Assembly: GCA_963727895.1 (NCBI GenBank) | Contig: CAVSHT010000005.1 | Coordinates: forward strand, 288,001 to 352,000 | Length of the DNA stretch: 64,000 nt | Source of the DNA: an uncultured Methanosarcinaceae archaeon | Lineage (GTDB): Archaea; Halobacteriota; Methanosarcinia; Methanosarcinales; Methanosarcinaceae | Direction of reading: 5' to 3' | Shown: positions 10,713 to 22,373 of the stretch, piece after piece | Layout of the letters: each line of letters opens with the position of its first letter | How positions within the stretch are numbered: the stretch's first letter is position 1 | Notes under the pieces: generated by a model | The model's input: the letters and a program-made list of their open reading frames with translations, nothing else | What the model was told of the DNA's origin: nothing | Database searches by the model: none | Translations under genes and position numbers: made by a program

Positions 10713-13569
10713 GTGGTTATTCTGGATTATTTTCCCCTCGATCTACAAATCTCAAAAATGCCTGAAAGTACTCCCAATCATTACCATGCTGCAATTCTGG
10801 AAAATGGAGAAATTACAGCAACCCATGATTTTGAACTGAGTAGAGACTTGAAGCTTCTTCAGATGCTCAGGCAGATTGAGGAAAAGGTCACAACTCTCAA
10901 ATCCCAGTATGAAGAAACAATCCACACTGAATTTGGGGAAATGCTTTACCATACTGTATTTTCAGAAGAACTTGGAGAGTATTTCAATAAACGTTTCATT
11001 GAAGCTCAGGACAACAATCATGGATTCAGAATTTCCCTTCGGTTTGCTGATAATGTACCAGAAATTGCAGCTTTGCCATGGGAGTATCTGCATAATGGAG
11101 AAGACTTTTTAGTTTGTAGAAGAAACATTTTGCTCTCAAGACTCCCTCCTGAAGCAAAGAAAACAGAGACTCAACCCCTTAATTCTGTTCTCCGAATGCT
11201 CGTAATTATTTCAGGTCCCGATGATCCCAGAGTTTCACCCTTGAATACGGAAAAAGAGCAGGAAATTATTCTAGAAGCCGTGGACAAGCTTCAGAGAAAA
11301 CAGAAGATAAAGGTTGATTTTACAGAAGATGCAACTTTTGAAAATGTTCAGGGTTACCTGAACGAACAGCAATACCACATTGTACATTTTACCGGACATG
11401 GAATAAGCATAAACGGCAAAGGACATCTTGTATTTGAAACCGAAGACAGGAAAGTCAGGCTCATAGACAATAAAACTCTTGCAGACCTTTTTTCAGACAT
11501 GGGCATAAGGCTTGTCGTGCTTAGCTCCTGCGAGTCAGCTAAAGGCTCGGACAAAGAAGCTTTCGGAGATCTTGCCATGCTTTCTAAAAGGAGAATCCCT
11601 GCTGTAGTGGCAATGCAGTATTCGGTACTTGATGACGTGGCAATTAAGTTTGCTTATACTTTTTACAGCACAATTGCAAGCGGAAAACCTGTTGACCTCG
11701 CTCTTAAAGAAGCAAGGATCATGATGAAATACTCGGAAAAAAGCAACGGTCTGGACTTTGCAACCCCAGTGTTGTACCTATCGGATTGCAACTGCGTCCG
11801 GATAGGAGATATAATACCAGAAACTGCGGAATTCGTAAACAAACCCATGATGCTGCCGGATTTGCAGATAATGAAAAAGGGATTCGTCGCCAGGAGACAA
11901 GAGCTTCGACTTCTGGAAAAAGGCTTCAAATCCGATATAAAGAGAGCTGCTATAATTCATGGTTTTGGAGGCATGGGGAAAACAGTCCTTGCAACTCGAC
12001 TTGCGCTAAAGATGAATGAATATTTTGACGGAATTTTAGGGATGAAGTGCACTTCAACCACTCGCCCGGAAGATATCCCGAACAAAATTAACAACTTCCT
12101 GATGATGAAAGGGATTTTCAACTTAAACCAGATCCTCAACCAGCCCGCACTCCTTGAAATTAAAACCTCCTATCTGGTGAACATATTAAACCAGCTACGT
12201 TTCCTGATAATTCTAGATAATTTTGAAGATTGCCTGAACGAAGACCGGGAAGATATTGAAAATCCAGAACTCAAAGCATTTATTCAACAACTTCTGAATG
12301 ACACTTACACAGGCACAAAGTTCATTATAACAATCCGTTATGATTTTGACCCACTGGAAGGTCGGCTCTCGGAAGGTATAGAGCACATTTCCCTTCCCGA
12401 ACTGCATTTCCCGCAGACCAACTGGCTGATGAATAACTACAAAGAACTTGCAGATCTTGAAATTCCGAAAAAACGGCAGATATACGATTTTATAGGGGGG
12501 CATCCATGGACAGTTGGACAATTTGCTAAACTTGCTTCAGTTCAGGGCGTTGACAGTTTGATGCTTGACTTAAAACCCCTGAAAAAAGAACTTATCGAGT
12601 TTACCCTGCTGGACAAATCTTTTTCAAAAATGGATGCTGACGCTAAAAAACTTCTTATCTGCGCCTCAATTTACGAAGAAGCTATTTCTATAGAAGCACT
12701 ATCATGGATTGTGGGAGACGATGAAGAAGCAAGCCCTTCAATCTTAGAACCTCTTCAAAAGCTCATCCAGTGGGGTCTGATCTCAAAAGAGCAGGAATAT
12801 GATGAAACAGTTTACAACGAACACACAATAGTAAGGGATTTCGCACATGAAAAACTTGAAGAAGAAGGATTTGACAAAAAGAAACTCCTTCTCAGAGCTG
12901 CAAGATACTATGAGAATTTAGTTCCCCAAACCAAAAGTATCTGGGATTATCTAAAAGCACGCGACTATTACTTCCAGGCAGAAGATTGGGAAAGTGCAAA
13001 TGAAGTTGTAGAAAATACTTCAGACCTCCTGATCCGCTGGGGACACATTGAACTTGCAATGAATCTTTCAAATGAATCAATCAACACGACATCAGGTGCT
13101 ACAAAATTAAATTGTGAGGGTACTATGGCGAATATTTTCTATAATCTCGGAGACTTAAACACATCATTAAATATATATAATAACATCAAATATAAATATG
13201 AGGAAATGGGGGATATAGGGGGGTTGCAATAACACTGCACCAGATAGGAAATGTTCATTAACCAGATAGGAAATGTTCAAAATGTTCATTAACCAGATAG
13301 GAAATGTTCATTATCTTCAGGGCAACTACGAAGAAGCAGTGAACTTATACAATCAGTCACTGAAAATTGAAGAAGAGCTGGGAAACAAAAGCGAAACTGC
13401 ACAAACATTGCACCAGATTGGAAGAATGGATGAAGAAAATGAAGAATATGCTTTATTACTTAGTTGCTTTTTCAATCTTTGAAGGAATAAATTCACCAAA
13501 TAGAAAGATAGCTGAGAGTTCAATTAATCGATTAAGAGAAAAGCTTGGTGAAGAAGAATTTGAAAATTT
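10713..13569 (+). pseudogene. CHAT protease-STAND NTPase-TPR protein, copy 1 (intact to aa 839; TPR tail frameshifted and IS1-truncated)
   Basis: LPWEYL, HFTGHG, LSSCES (CHAT His/Cys dyad); GFGGMGKT, IILDNFED, GGHPW (STAND); TPR repeats; poly-G frameshift near 13220. Confidence 0.88.
13239..13313. repeat. Irregular ~22-bp triplication (ACCAGATAGGAAATGTTCATTA) in TPR-coding region
   Basis: Read directly. Confidence 0.85.
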
Positions 13570-14324
13570 GGCATTGATACTTAAACATAGTTATATACTA
13601 TTAGAAAGTATATTTCTTAGAAAGTATATTTCTTCATTAACTGCCCCAGATGCAATAGTTCTAATCACAAAAAGAACGGTATAGTTGGCGGGCGTCAACG
13701 CTATAAATGCCATGATTGTGGATATAACTATACAGTAGAGCTAAAATCAACTGCTTTTTCCGCTTCTGTAAAAAGACAGGCTTTACAACTTTACTTTGAA
13801 GGATTGGGCTTTCGCTCAATAGGACGATTTTTAGGGGTGAGTCATGTTTCTGTCCAAAGATGGATCAAGAAATTTGGTCAGGAGTTAGAGGACCTAAAAA
13901 GTGAAAATGAGATATCTATTGTTAAAATGGATGAGATGCACACTTACATCGGTAACAAAAAAAATATTGCTGGATCTGGATTGCTATTGATAGAGTTGGG
14001 AAAAAGTTCATCAACTGCTCTTTTGGTGGTAGAGGAACGGAAACTGGAAAACTACTCTGGGAAAAATTGAAGAAAAAAGAGATTGGAGAAGTGATGACAG
14101 ATCACTGGAGAGCATATGCAGAGTTTATTCCAGAAAAGATCCATACTCAATCAAAAGCAGAAACATTTACAGTTGAGGGATATAACAGCATATTGAGGCA
14201 TTTTCTAGCAAGATTGAGAAGAAAGACAAAGTGTTATAAAAAAGTCTTGAAATGCTAAAGTACTCGGTTATTCTATTGATGAAATACAGAAATAAAGAAC
14301 TAGATATATTTAAGTAACAATACC
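13570..14324 (+). mobile_element. IS1-family element
   Basis: GGCATTG...CAATACC termini; InsA/InsB ORFs; flanks GAAAATTT and AAATCTAT show no TSD. Confidence 0.92.
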
Positions 14325-14524
14325 AAATCTATTACATTGGTCATCGGTTAAGGAATTTTCTTGCCTGAAAGCTATCGATTTTGCACTAGAAACCTGTCTT
14401 AAATCTTGGTTTATCTACATGAAATCGATATCCCGTTCCAGCTCATAATCTATTAACATATTTAACAAATGTTAAAGAAATTGACGCAATTTGTCACGAT
14501 TCCTCGCTTAACCGAAGACGCATG

Positions 14525-14982
14525 TAAAGGAATTGAATGTAAAAAATGTGGATTCAGCAAAAATTGTACAAAAAGAATAGATGGTATCAGGCATTTAAAA
14601 ATAGCTGAATTTTCAAAAGAAAGAAAGCAATTAGCCGATAAAATGGAAACAGAAGAAGCTAAAAGAATATATGGGCAAAGAAAGCAGGTAGTAGAACCTG
14701 CAATTGGAAATTATAAAGAGAATTTAAGGTTTAGAGAATTTTTAACAAGAGGATTGAAATCAATCAGAAACGAATTTAATTTAGTGTGTACTGCAGCTAA
14801 CTTAAGGAAATATGGATTTATTCAAACAAAAACGAGATCAATGGAACGAAAAATATAAATAAAGGGAACTTTTCCCGTTAAGAATTGAACAATAGAAATA
14901 GAAAACGATTTCATAAAGAAAAAAGTTCCCATCTAACAGCAGACAATTTTATTTCATTACTGATAGTAATTGTCGGACAGCC
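14525..14982 (+). mobile_element. IS1182-family transposase C-terminal remnant with one end
   Basis: CKKC..SKNCT...YGQRKQVVEPAIGNYKENLRFREFLTRGL...EFNLVCTAANLRK; TTGTCGGACAGCC end. Confidence 0.75.
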
Positions 14983-15122
14983 TGTAAAGTAAGGGGTATT
15001 TGTGACCCTCTGCACTCCCATTGTAATCAAAATTAAACTGTTGGTGTATAACATAAACAAAAAAGTTATAGAAAGAATTTGCATTAAATTAACTATTTCT
15101 ACAGAGCCCTTTCAAGTAAGAT

Positions 15123-16295
15123 TTATATAAGATAAGACTTGAGAGGCGGGAAGCCATTAAAACAGATAGAACTGTAACTTTGGGTATAGGCACCTGTAGT
15201 AAAGATATATATGCGGTTTCCCTCTCGCATTGTGTGAGGAAAAGAGTACTTGTGGTGTTCATATAGAATATCCATGCTGTCGCATGTGGGTCCTGCAAGG
15301 ATAACTTCTTCGGCACAACCTTTTTTATCACAGAAAATGGGATATTTAATGCACTCATCAAGGGTTTCTATAAGACCTCCAAATTTTCCAATATCAAGAT
15401 ATACCCATTTGTACTGGTTAAACCTGGCTTTTTTGGAGATCATCACAACTTCACTTACGATTATACCTGCATCAGCTACCAGAGATCTTCCAGGTTCTAT
15501 AATGATTTCAGGTAGCTCCTCTCCGAAGTCCTCATGTAAAAAGCGCCGTATTTCTCCGGCATAAGTCTCAAGATCATGAGCCTGCGCCTGGTATTTTGCA
15601 GGAAAACCACCACCAAGATTAATCATTTTCAGATTTATGCCTTTTTCAGCTACTGCTTCAAAAAGATATTTACATTTGGAAATAGCATTATCCCACTGAC
15701 CAATGTCCCTTTGTTGGGATCCAACGTGAAAAGAAAGCCCATAAGGCTCAAGTCCCAATTTTTCAGCTTTCAGAATGAGTTTAAATATTAAATCAGGATG
15801 AGAACCGAATTTCTTTGAAAGTGGCCAGTCGGCGCCGTCGCTTTCAGTAAGGACACGGAAAAACACTCTTGAGCCCGGGGCTCTTCTTGCTAATTTTTTC
15901 AGATCACTATCAGAATCAGTAACGTAAAGTCTCACTCCTTTTTCATATGCATATTGTATATCTTTCTCTTTTTTGATAGTGTTACCGTAACTGATCCTTT
16001 CGGGTTCTACCCCAAGCCTGAGAAGCTGATCAAGTTCATATACTGTTGCCACATCAAAATTTGAGCCTTTATTTTTCAGGGTAAGTACTACTTCGTCCAT
16101 AGGATTAGCCTTTACAGCATAGTGAATTTTTGCAAAGGGCATATTCTCCACTAGCTCTTCATAGCTTTGCTCTATTTTCTGGAGGTCGATGATCAAAAAT
16201 GGGGTTTCTTTATCCCGAGAAAACTTTTTAATTCTATTAAACTCATCTCTTGAAACAAAATCCTCCAGTGGAAACACATAATGCTCTTTTCTCAT
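15123..16295 (-). CDS. PLP-dependent ornithine/lysine/arginine-type decarboxylase (fold III)
   Basis: YAVKAN, KFG, FHVGSQ, NLGGGF, EPGR, GPTCD, GAYT. Confidence 0.9.
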   Translation of the reverse strand: MRKEHYVFPLEDFVSRDEFNRIKKFSRDKETPFLIIDLQKIEQSYEELVENMPFAKIHYAVKANPMDEVVLTLKNKGSNFDVATVYELDQLLRLGVEPERISYGNTIKKEKDIQYAYEKGVRLYVTDSDSDLKKLARRAPGSRVFFRVLTESDGADWPLSKKFGSHPDLIFKLILKAEKLGLEPYGLSFHVGSQQRDIGQWDNAISKCKYLFEAVAEKGINLKMINLGGGFPAKYQAQAHDLETYAGEIRRFLHEDFGEELPEIIIEPGRSLVADAGIIVSEVVMISKKARFNQYKWVYLDIGKFGGLIETLDECIKYPIFCDKKGCAEEVILAGPTCDSMDILYEHHKYSFPHTMREGNRIYIFTTGAYTQSYSSICFNGFPPLKSYLI

Positions 16296-16812
16296 GATGA
16301 CTCCCTTCTAAAATCACAACTAATGACTTATTATCTATAAACGTACTATTTAATAATTTTTAATATGAATCATATTTGTAATGATTATTATGATTTAAAT
16401 CAATTATTTTGGAAATAAGCGAATGAAAGCGAGTTAAATAGGATTTTGTATATATAAAACTAATTATTGGTGAATATCAAGACACAAAACTAACTGAAAT
16501 CAATAAATATTTAACATAAATAGTCATATTATAAAAATAAACATAATTAACCTTCTTTTTTTCATTAAAGACCTCAAAAACCCATTTATCTGAATAGAAG
16601 AATCAAGAAAACATATATAATCTCAAAAGACGAATAAAAAATTTTTACCATTATAAAAATATATTAAGGGTTTTAAATTAAACAAAAACAGAATTAAAAA
16701 TGAAAAGGTTCTAAAATCCATTCACATATATATTTCTGAAAAATAAGCTGCTTTAAGCCATTTTTCGTATAATTCCAGACCTGTAGTCTCGAAAATAATT
16801 TTAAGGTATAAT

Positions 16813-18093
16813 TCAGAGACTTTTTGCTCTGGTTCTGAATAATACGATGAGTATCCCAATTCCGGTAAGCACAAAACCATAAGTTATGACCTCCAGACTC
16901 AGGTGAGAAAAAAGAACCGCGGTAGAAATAATGCTAAGAAAAGGAAGTAAAGGAAAACGACCAATATTTAGAGGAACTTTAAAAGGACGAATTTTTTCAG
17001 GATCAACATAACGGAGCTTTATCAGAGAAAGGTTGATCATAAAAAAAACAATAAAAATCATAAAATTAGCAATGTTTGCTACAATTTCAATATATTTTAG
17101 CAGCATAAACAGAGTAGAAAGACAAGCAACCCCTAAAATTGCGACCCAGGGAGTACGATAATGTGGATGTAGTCGAGATAGACTTTTTGGAAGTGATCCT
17201 GAGCATGCCATACCATAAACAATCCTTGACCCTCCAAGCATAACTACCAGTACGGTGTTCATCGTAGAAAAAAGAGCAATCCAGGACATGAGGACAAAAG
17301 CCTTATTTCCCAAAGAAACAGCTGCGACATCTGCAAGTGGAGCTCCTGAAAGTCCAAGAACCCGAAAATCAAGTACACTTACAGAAGTTATTGCCACGCA
17401 TATGTACAGGAAAACAGTAAAAAAAATAGCGGTAAATAGGGCTTTTGGAATTGTTTTTTCGGCTTCTTTTGTTTCCTGGGATAATCGCACAATATCTTCA
17501 AAACCGAGAAATGCAAAAAAAATCAGAGTAGAAGCCTCAAGTATTCCTCTCATACTTGGAGTTTCAAGATAATTTACCTTTCCAATGTAAGGGAGACCTA
17601 TGTAAATGACAATCAAAAGTCCAAATATTTCTATAAAGCTTATCAAAATAGCTAGCCATGCAGATTCCTTGATTCCATGAATCATGATAAGACTGAGAAC
17701 AATAAACAGGCCTATTATCGTTGTTAAACCTTTAACTCCGAACAGGTTACTGAAATACCTCTCAAATCCTAAAGCAACCGCTGAACTCGTTATTACCACA
17801 TAATAGACAACAAGTAGCCCCACAAGAAAACCAGTACGTTCACCAAAAGCTTTTTTTACAAACTCGTACTCTGCGCCTGCTCTTGGATACATAGAAGCAA
17901 GTTCCATATAACTAAAGGCAGAAAGTGCAGCTGTAATTCCGGCAAACAAAAAAGAAAACCAGACCATATTTCCTGCGAGCCCTGCTGCTTTTCCCATTAG
18001 CACGTAAATTCCGGCCCCAAGAATATTGCCAATTCCTACCAGAGTAATCTCTAGTAAGCTCAGTTCTTTTTTTAGTTCAGGCTTCTCAATCAT
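16813..18093 (-). CDS. APC-family amino acid/polyamine permease
   Basis: GNILGAGIY, ELASMYPRAGAEY, FFAFLGFE, RPFKVP. Confidence 0.9.
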   Translation of the reverse strand: MIEKPELKKELSLLEITLVGIGNILGAGIYVLMGKAAGLAGNMVWFSFLFAGITAALSAFSYMELASMYPRAGAEYEFVKKAFGERTGFLVGLLVVYYVVITSSAVALGFERYFSNLFGVKGLTTIIGLFIVLSLIMIHGIKESAWLAILISFIEIFGLLIVIYIGLPYIGKVNYLETPSMRGILEASTLIFFAFLGFEDIVRLSQETKEAEKTIPKALFTAIFFTVFLYICVAITSVSVLDFRVLGLSGAPLADVAAVSLGNKAFVLMSWIALFSTMNTVLVVMLGGSRIVYGMACSGSLPKSLSRLHPHYRTPWVAILGVACLSTLFMLLKYIEIVANIANFMIFIVFFMINLSLIKLRYVDPEKIRPFKVPLNIGRFPLLPFLSIISTAVLFSHLSLEVITYGFVLTGIGILIVLFRTRAKSL

Positions 18094-18542
18094 AAAAAAA
18101 TCCCTTGAACAAGCTTGAAATTAATTACAAAATAATTAAACAACTGGACTTCAGGCCTATTAGAAGTATATTATGAAGGAAAATGAAAATTTTCAATTAA
18201 GCTCTCAGAATAACCCCATTTACAGAATGCTTTAATCCCCAATAAAATGCTTAGTTTCCTAACTACGTTTAACTCAATAAATTAGATACTACCGGGAATT
18301 TCTACAGAAATTATGTTTATAGTTGGAGTTTATGTTATTATTCTGCAGAAAATTATATTTCTAACTTTTCATAAAAAGAAAAATTTAGGAAAATAAACTA
18401 CATTTAAAAGTTATTCGCTATGTAATTCTTCAGATTGCTGCTAAAAAATACTAGTAACTTTTCAAGATACTAGCTCTATCAGCATTAAAAAAACCTACAA
18501 GCAGGCTTAAACAGTGTTTTTCAGGTTTGAATTTATAGATTT

Positions 18543-19730
18543 TTAGGTTGTGTTTTTCATTTTTTGAGCAAGATCTAGTCCAATTTCCTCAACCTTTTTC
18601 AAATCTTCTTCCCTGGGCTTACCCTTTACCTGAAGCGTCCCTACAATTTCCATCTTAGAAGGAACCAGCATTTCCCCTGCCTGTTTCAGAGCACCCCCGC
18701 CCCAACCAAATGACCCAAGTAGCACCCCATACTTTGCAGGAGGATTGAGGGCCTTTACAAGATAAGTCCCGTAGAGGGCAAGAGGATGCATGCCTGCAAG
18801 GATAGTAGGGGCTCCAATGATGACAGCACGGGAATCAACCAGTTCTCTTGCAATATCTCCTGTATCTGCAACTTCAAGGTCAAAGATTCTTACATCTACA
18901 CCTTCTTTCATTAAGGTCTCTGCAATTGTCCTTATCATCATTTTTGTAGAACCCCACATACTTACATAGACAATAAGAGCTTTATATTCAGTTTCCCCTG
19001 CAGTCCATTTCGCATAGGGTTCTAGTACACGCTGTGGGTTTTTGTAAATAGGACCATGACTTGGTGCAATGATTTCAATATTAAGATCTTTTATCTTCGC
19101 AAGAGCCTTTGCCCCCATTTTGGCAAAAGGCATCATGATTTCCCCATAATAACGTTTTGCAAGAGGAATGATGTCTTCCAGATCTTCATCATAAACACCC
19201 TGGGCTGTGTGAGCTCCAAAGAAATCACATGAGAACAGAACCCTCTCTTCTGGCAAGTATGTGAACATTGTCTCGGGCCAATGAAGCCAGGGAGCTTCAA
19301 TAAAAAGCAGAGTTTTTTCCCCCAGTTCCAAGACATCTCCATCGGCAACAACTTTAATCCTGGAGACTGGCAGATCATGGTAAAGACTTGCCATTTTTAC
19401 ACCTCTCTCCGTCGTAACAAGCACCGAGTTAGGAGCCCTGTCCATAATATACTGAATCGCATTCGAATGGTCAGGCTCTGCGTGATTCATAATAAGGTAG
19501 TCAAGTTTTTCCAGGTTTGAAACTAGGTTTATCTTTTCCTCAAACTCTTCTTCAAAACCAGGGTTAATGGTATCAATAAGAGCTGTTTTTTCGTTTCCTT
19601 TTACAAGATAAGAGTTGTAACTTGTCCCCTGAGTAAGCGGAACCAAAGCGTCAAACATTCTACGGCTCCAGTCTTTTGCTCCAACCCAAAACACATCTCT
19701 GGCAATTTCAGGAACATTGTAAAGATCCAT
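18543..19730 (-). CDS. fprA: FprA-family flavodiiron protein
   Basis: HAEPDH, LHWPETM, CDFFGAH, PSHGP; flavodoxin SMWGST and GSFGWGGGA. Confidence 0.9.
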   Translation of the reverse strand: MDLYNVPEIARDVFWVGAKDWSRRMFDALVPLTQGTSYNSYLVKGNEKTALIDTINPGFEEEFEEKINLVSNLEKLDYLIMNHAEPDHSNAIQYIMDRAPNSVLVTTERGVKMASLYHDLPVSRIKVVADGDVLELGEKTLLFIEAPWLHWPETMFTYLPEERVLFSCDFFGAHTAQGVYDEDLEDIIPLAKRYYGEIMMPFAKMGAKALAKIKDLNIEIIAPSHGPIYKNPQRVLEPYAKWTAGETEYKALIVYVSMWGSTKMMIRTIAETLMKEGVDVRIFDLEVADTGDIARELVDSRAVIIGAPTILAGMHPLALYGTYLVKALNPPAKYGVLLGSFGWGGGALKQAGEMLVPSKMEIVGTLQVKGKPREEDLKKVEEIGLDLAQKMKNTT

Positions 19731-19815
19731 ATTTTTCCTCCATTTTCCATAATATGTTTGGAAAGCATATCTACATTTTTGGCTGCTTCCATAAATTTAA
19801 TAACTATTTATTAAT

Positions 19816-19945
19816 GAGCCTATCCTAAAACTCAAAATTTGCTTATTAGGCATTCAATTTCATATATTCAACCAAGCTTTTGATTGTGAAAACAATTCCG
19901 AAAATTCCCAACAATTAAGAATAAAGTAGCTTTTGGGATAGGCTC
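19816..19945. mobile_element. MITE, 130 bp, IS5-like ends
   Basis: TIR GAGCCTATCCTAAAA / TTTTGGGATAGGCTC, TAAT on both flanks; same end found on transposase remnant at 47332. Confidence 0.75.
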
Positions 19946-19979
19946 TAATAAATAGTTATTAAATAAGATTAGATTTTTT

Positions 19980-20719
19980 GTCATTGATACTTAAACATAG
20001 TTATATACTATTAGAAAGTATATTTCTTCATGAACTGCCCCAGATGCAATAGTTCTAATCACAAAAAGAACTGTATAGTTGGTGGTCGTCAACGCTACAA
20101 ATGTCATGATTGTGGCTATAACTATACAGTAGAGCTAAAATCAACTGCTTTTTCCGCTTCTGTAAAAAGACAGGCTTTACAACTCTATCTTGAAGGATTG
20201 GGCTTTCGTTCAATAGGAAGAGTTTTAGGGGTAAGTCACGTTTCTGTCCAAAAATGGATCAAGAAATTTGGTCAGGAGTGAGAGAACCTAAAAAGTGAAA
20301 GTGAGATATCTATTGTTAAAATGGATGAGATGCACACTTACATCGGTAACAAAAAAAATATTGCTGGATCTGGATTGCTGTTGATAGAGTTGGGAAAAAG
20401 TTCATCAACTGCTCTTTTGATAGCAGAGGAACGGAAACTGGAAAACTACTCTGGGAAAAATTGAAGAAAAAAGAGATTGGAGAAGTGATGACCGATCACT
20501 GGAGGGCATATGCAGAGGTTCTTCCAGAAAAGAGTCATACTCAATCAAAAGCAGAAACATTTACAGTTGAGGGATATAACAGCATATTGAGGCATTTCCT
20601 GGCAAGATTGAGAAGAAAGACAAAGTGTTATAAAAAAAGTCTTGAAATGCTAAAGTACTCGGTTATTCTATTGATGAAATACAGAAATAAAGAACTAGAT
20701 ATAGTTAAGTAACAATGCC
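19980..20719 (+). mobile_element. IS1-family element (nonsense TGA at 20279)
   Basis: InsA/InsB ORFs; 8-bp near-TSD GATTTTTT/GATTTTTC. Confidence 0.92.
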
Positions 20720-21018
20720 GATTTTTCTATTTTCTTATCCACAAATATCATAAAAGTTGCTTTATAATCTTTAAGTTATGGAGCAGGAACCTCACTCTTG
20801 ATTATAATAAAAAAGTAACTTAGAATGCTTATTCAGAAAAAAGTAACTTAGAATACATGTATAAAATTTTGAATTATTGACTATATTATAAAAATTACAT
20901 CTATATAAATAAACACTATGGACTTTAACAGTCAAATTATAAGTACTTTTAATTAAATAATAATCTCTTAATTTAATTAATTAACTTATTGATTAAATAA
21001 TCACTGGGGGAGTGATAT

Positions 21019-21174
21019 ATGGCAGACTTGATAGGACTTGCTGTGATCTTTCTAATATTGGCATTTGTTGCGTATATACTGGGTGCACGTGGAGTTGCTG
21101 GTTTCTCTATGGAGATTGCAAAGTGGCTTGTTATAATTTTTATTATACTTGCAATCATATCGTTCTTCTTATGA
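21019..21174 (+). CDS. DUF1328 (UPF0391) small membrane protein, 51 aa, absent from ORF track
   Basis: [60 protein letters not shown]. Confidence 0.85.
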   Translation: MADLIGLAVIFLILAFVAYILGARGVAGFSMEIAKWLVIIFIILAIISFFL

Positions 21175-22373
21175 AGACAGACTCTACAAAATGAACGCTG
21201 GTTTTAAAATAGGCCAAATAAATTGGGACATAAAAGTCAGAGTGACAGACGTATTTTATAAGAAACAATAGACCTAAATAGGTTTATTATTCCTTGTACT
21301 TCTATTTTTACTTTTAAGTGATTTTTAAATTCTATTTATAATTTGATTTTGATTTAAGTCAAGAATTCGTTATTTCATAGAGAACCTGCTTTTCCTGACT
21401 GAATAAAAGAAATTTGGATTATCCGGAATGGGTGAATCAATTTTCTGATCATAACGAGCTTCTTTGAAGCTCATTTATTGAATTTGGAGCTTTTTATTAT
21501 CTTAGAGGTGTTCCGAATTAAAAACTATAGAAGCAAAGTGCTTGCATTCATAGAGCTCTATAACAAAGACATTTCAAATCGATTTTTTTCAGACAGCCAT
21601 TTAGCCTCATTATGATAATTCAGAAATGATTCCAAAAAGCTTTTATATCAAGTTGGGATACTACCCCATAGAAATCTAGGGAAAACTTTGAACAATATTT
21701 GAAAAGTTTATACTATTCAAGTTTCAGAAATTGAATATACTGAAATTTGCTTTGCCACCGATGTGTAGCTAAGATCACAACTCGGACTTAACCAAGACCT
21801 AGCCTGCGATCCAATAGAGGTTCTTCCAGATTAAAACCCAAATCCGGCATAAGATATCCAACCCAACCAAAAATAACCTGATATCCAACTTCGAGCCCGT
21901 TAACCAATCAGAGTTAACCCATACTCAACCTGGAATTGACCTCCGGGATTAAGTCAAAGATTTAGCTCTGATCCCCCAAAGGTCGTAATAAATCATGCAG
22001 CTTATCAAGAAACCCACGATAGACCTTGTCTTGAAAGCTTATCAAGGAGCAGCCAGACAGGAAGTCAAGCAAAAAGACCGATATACAGATAAATTTAAAA
22101 CTCACAGCTACTTATGGAAATTTGAAACAGCAAACTTTGAAACCCAAAACCCTAAAATGAGATTTTCTATTTTATCAAGCACTCTTATTAATACCTTTAA
22201 GGTTGAAAAATCAGGCTTAGTTTTCCTGCAAACTGCAAGTAAGGACCTTTTAGATTTTAATCTGCAACTGCCTGAGAACTTTATACAGGTAGCCGCTGGC
22301 CAGGCAACCGAATATTGTTCCTGTCCATTGACCTCGGAAGTCGGATACTAACCCAAATAAAACGGGTGTAAAC

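Noticed and set aside
13367..13684. 105-aa ORF as an independent gene
   Set aside because: Chimera of the frameshifted TPR tail and the IS1 left end
21995..22351. 118-aa ORF upstream of the flippase
   Set aside because: No recognisable motif or RBS; may be spurious
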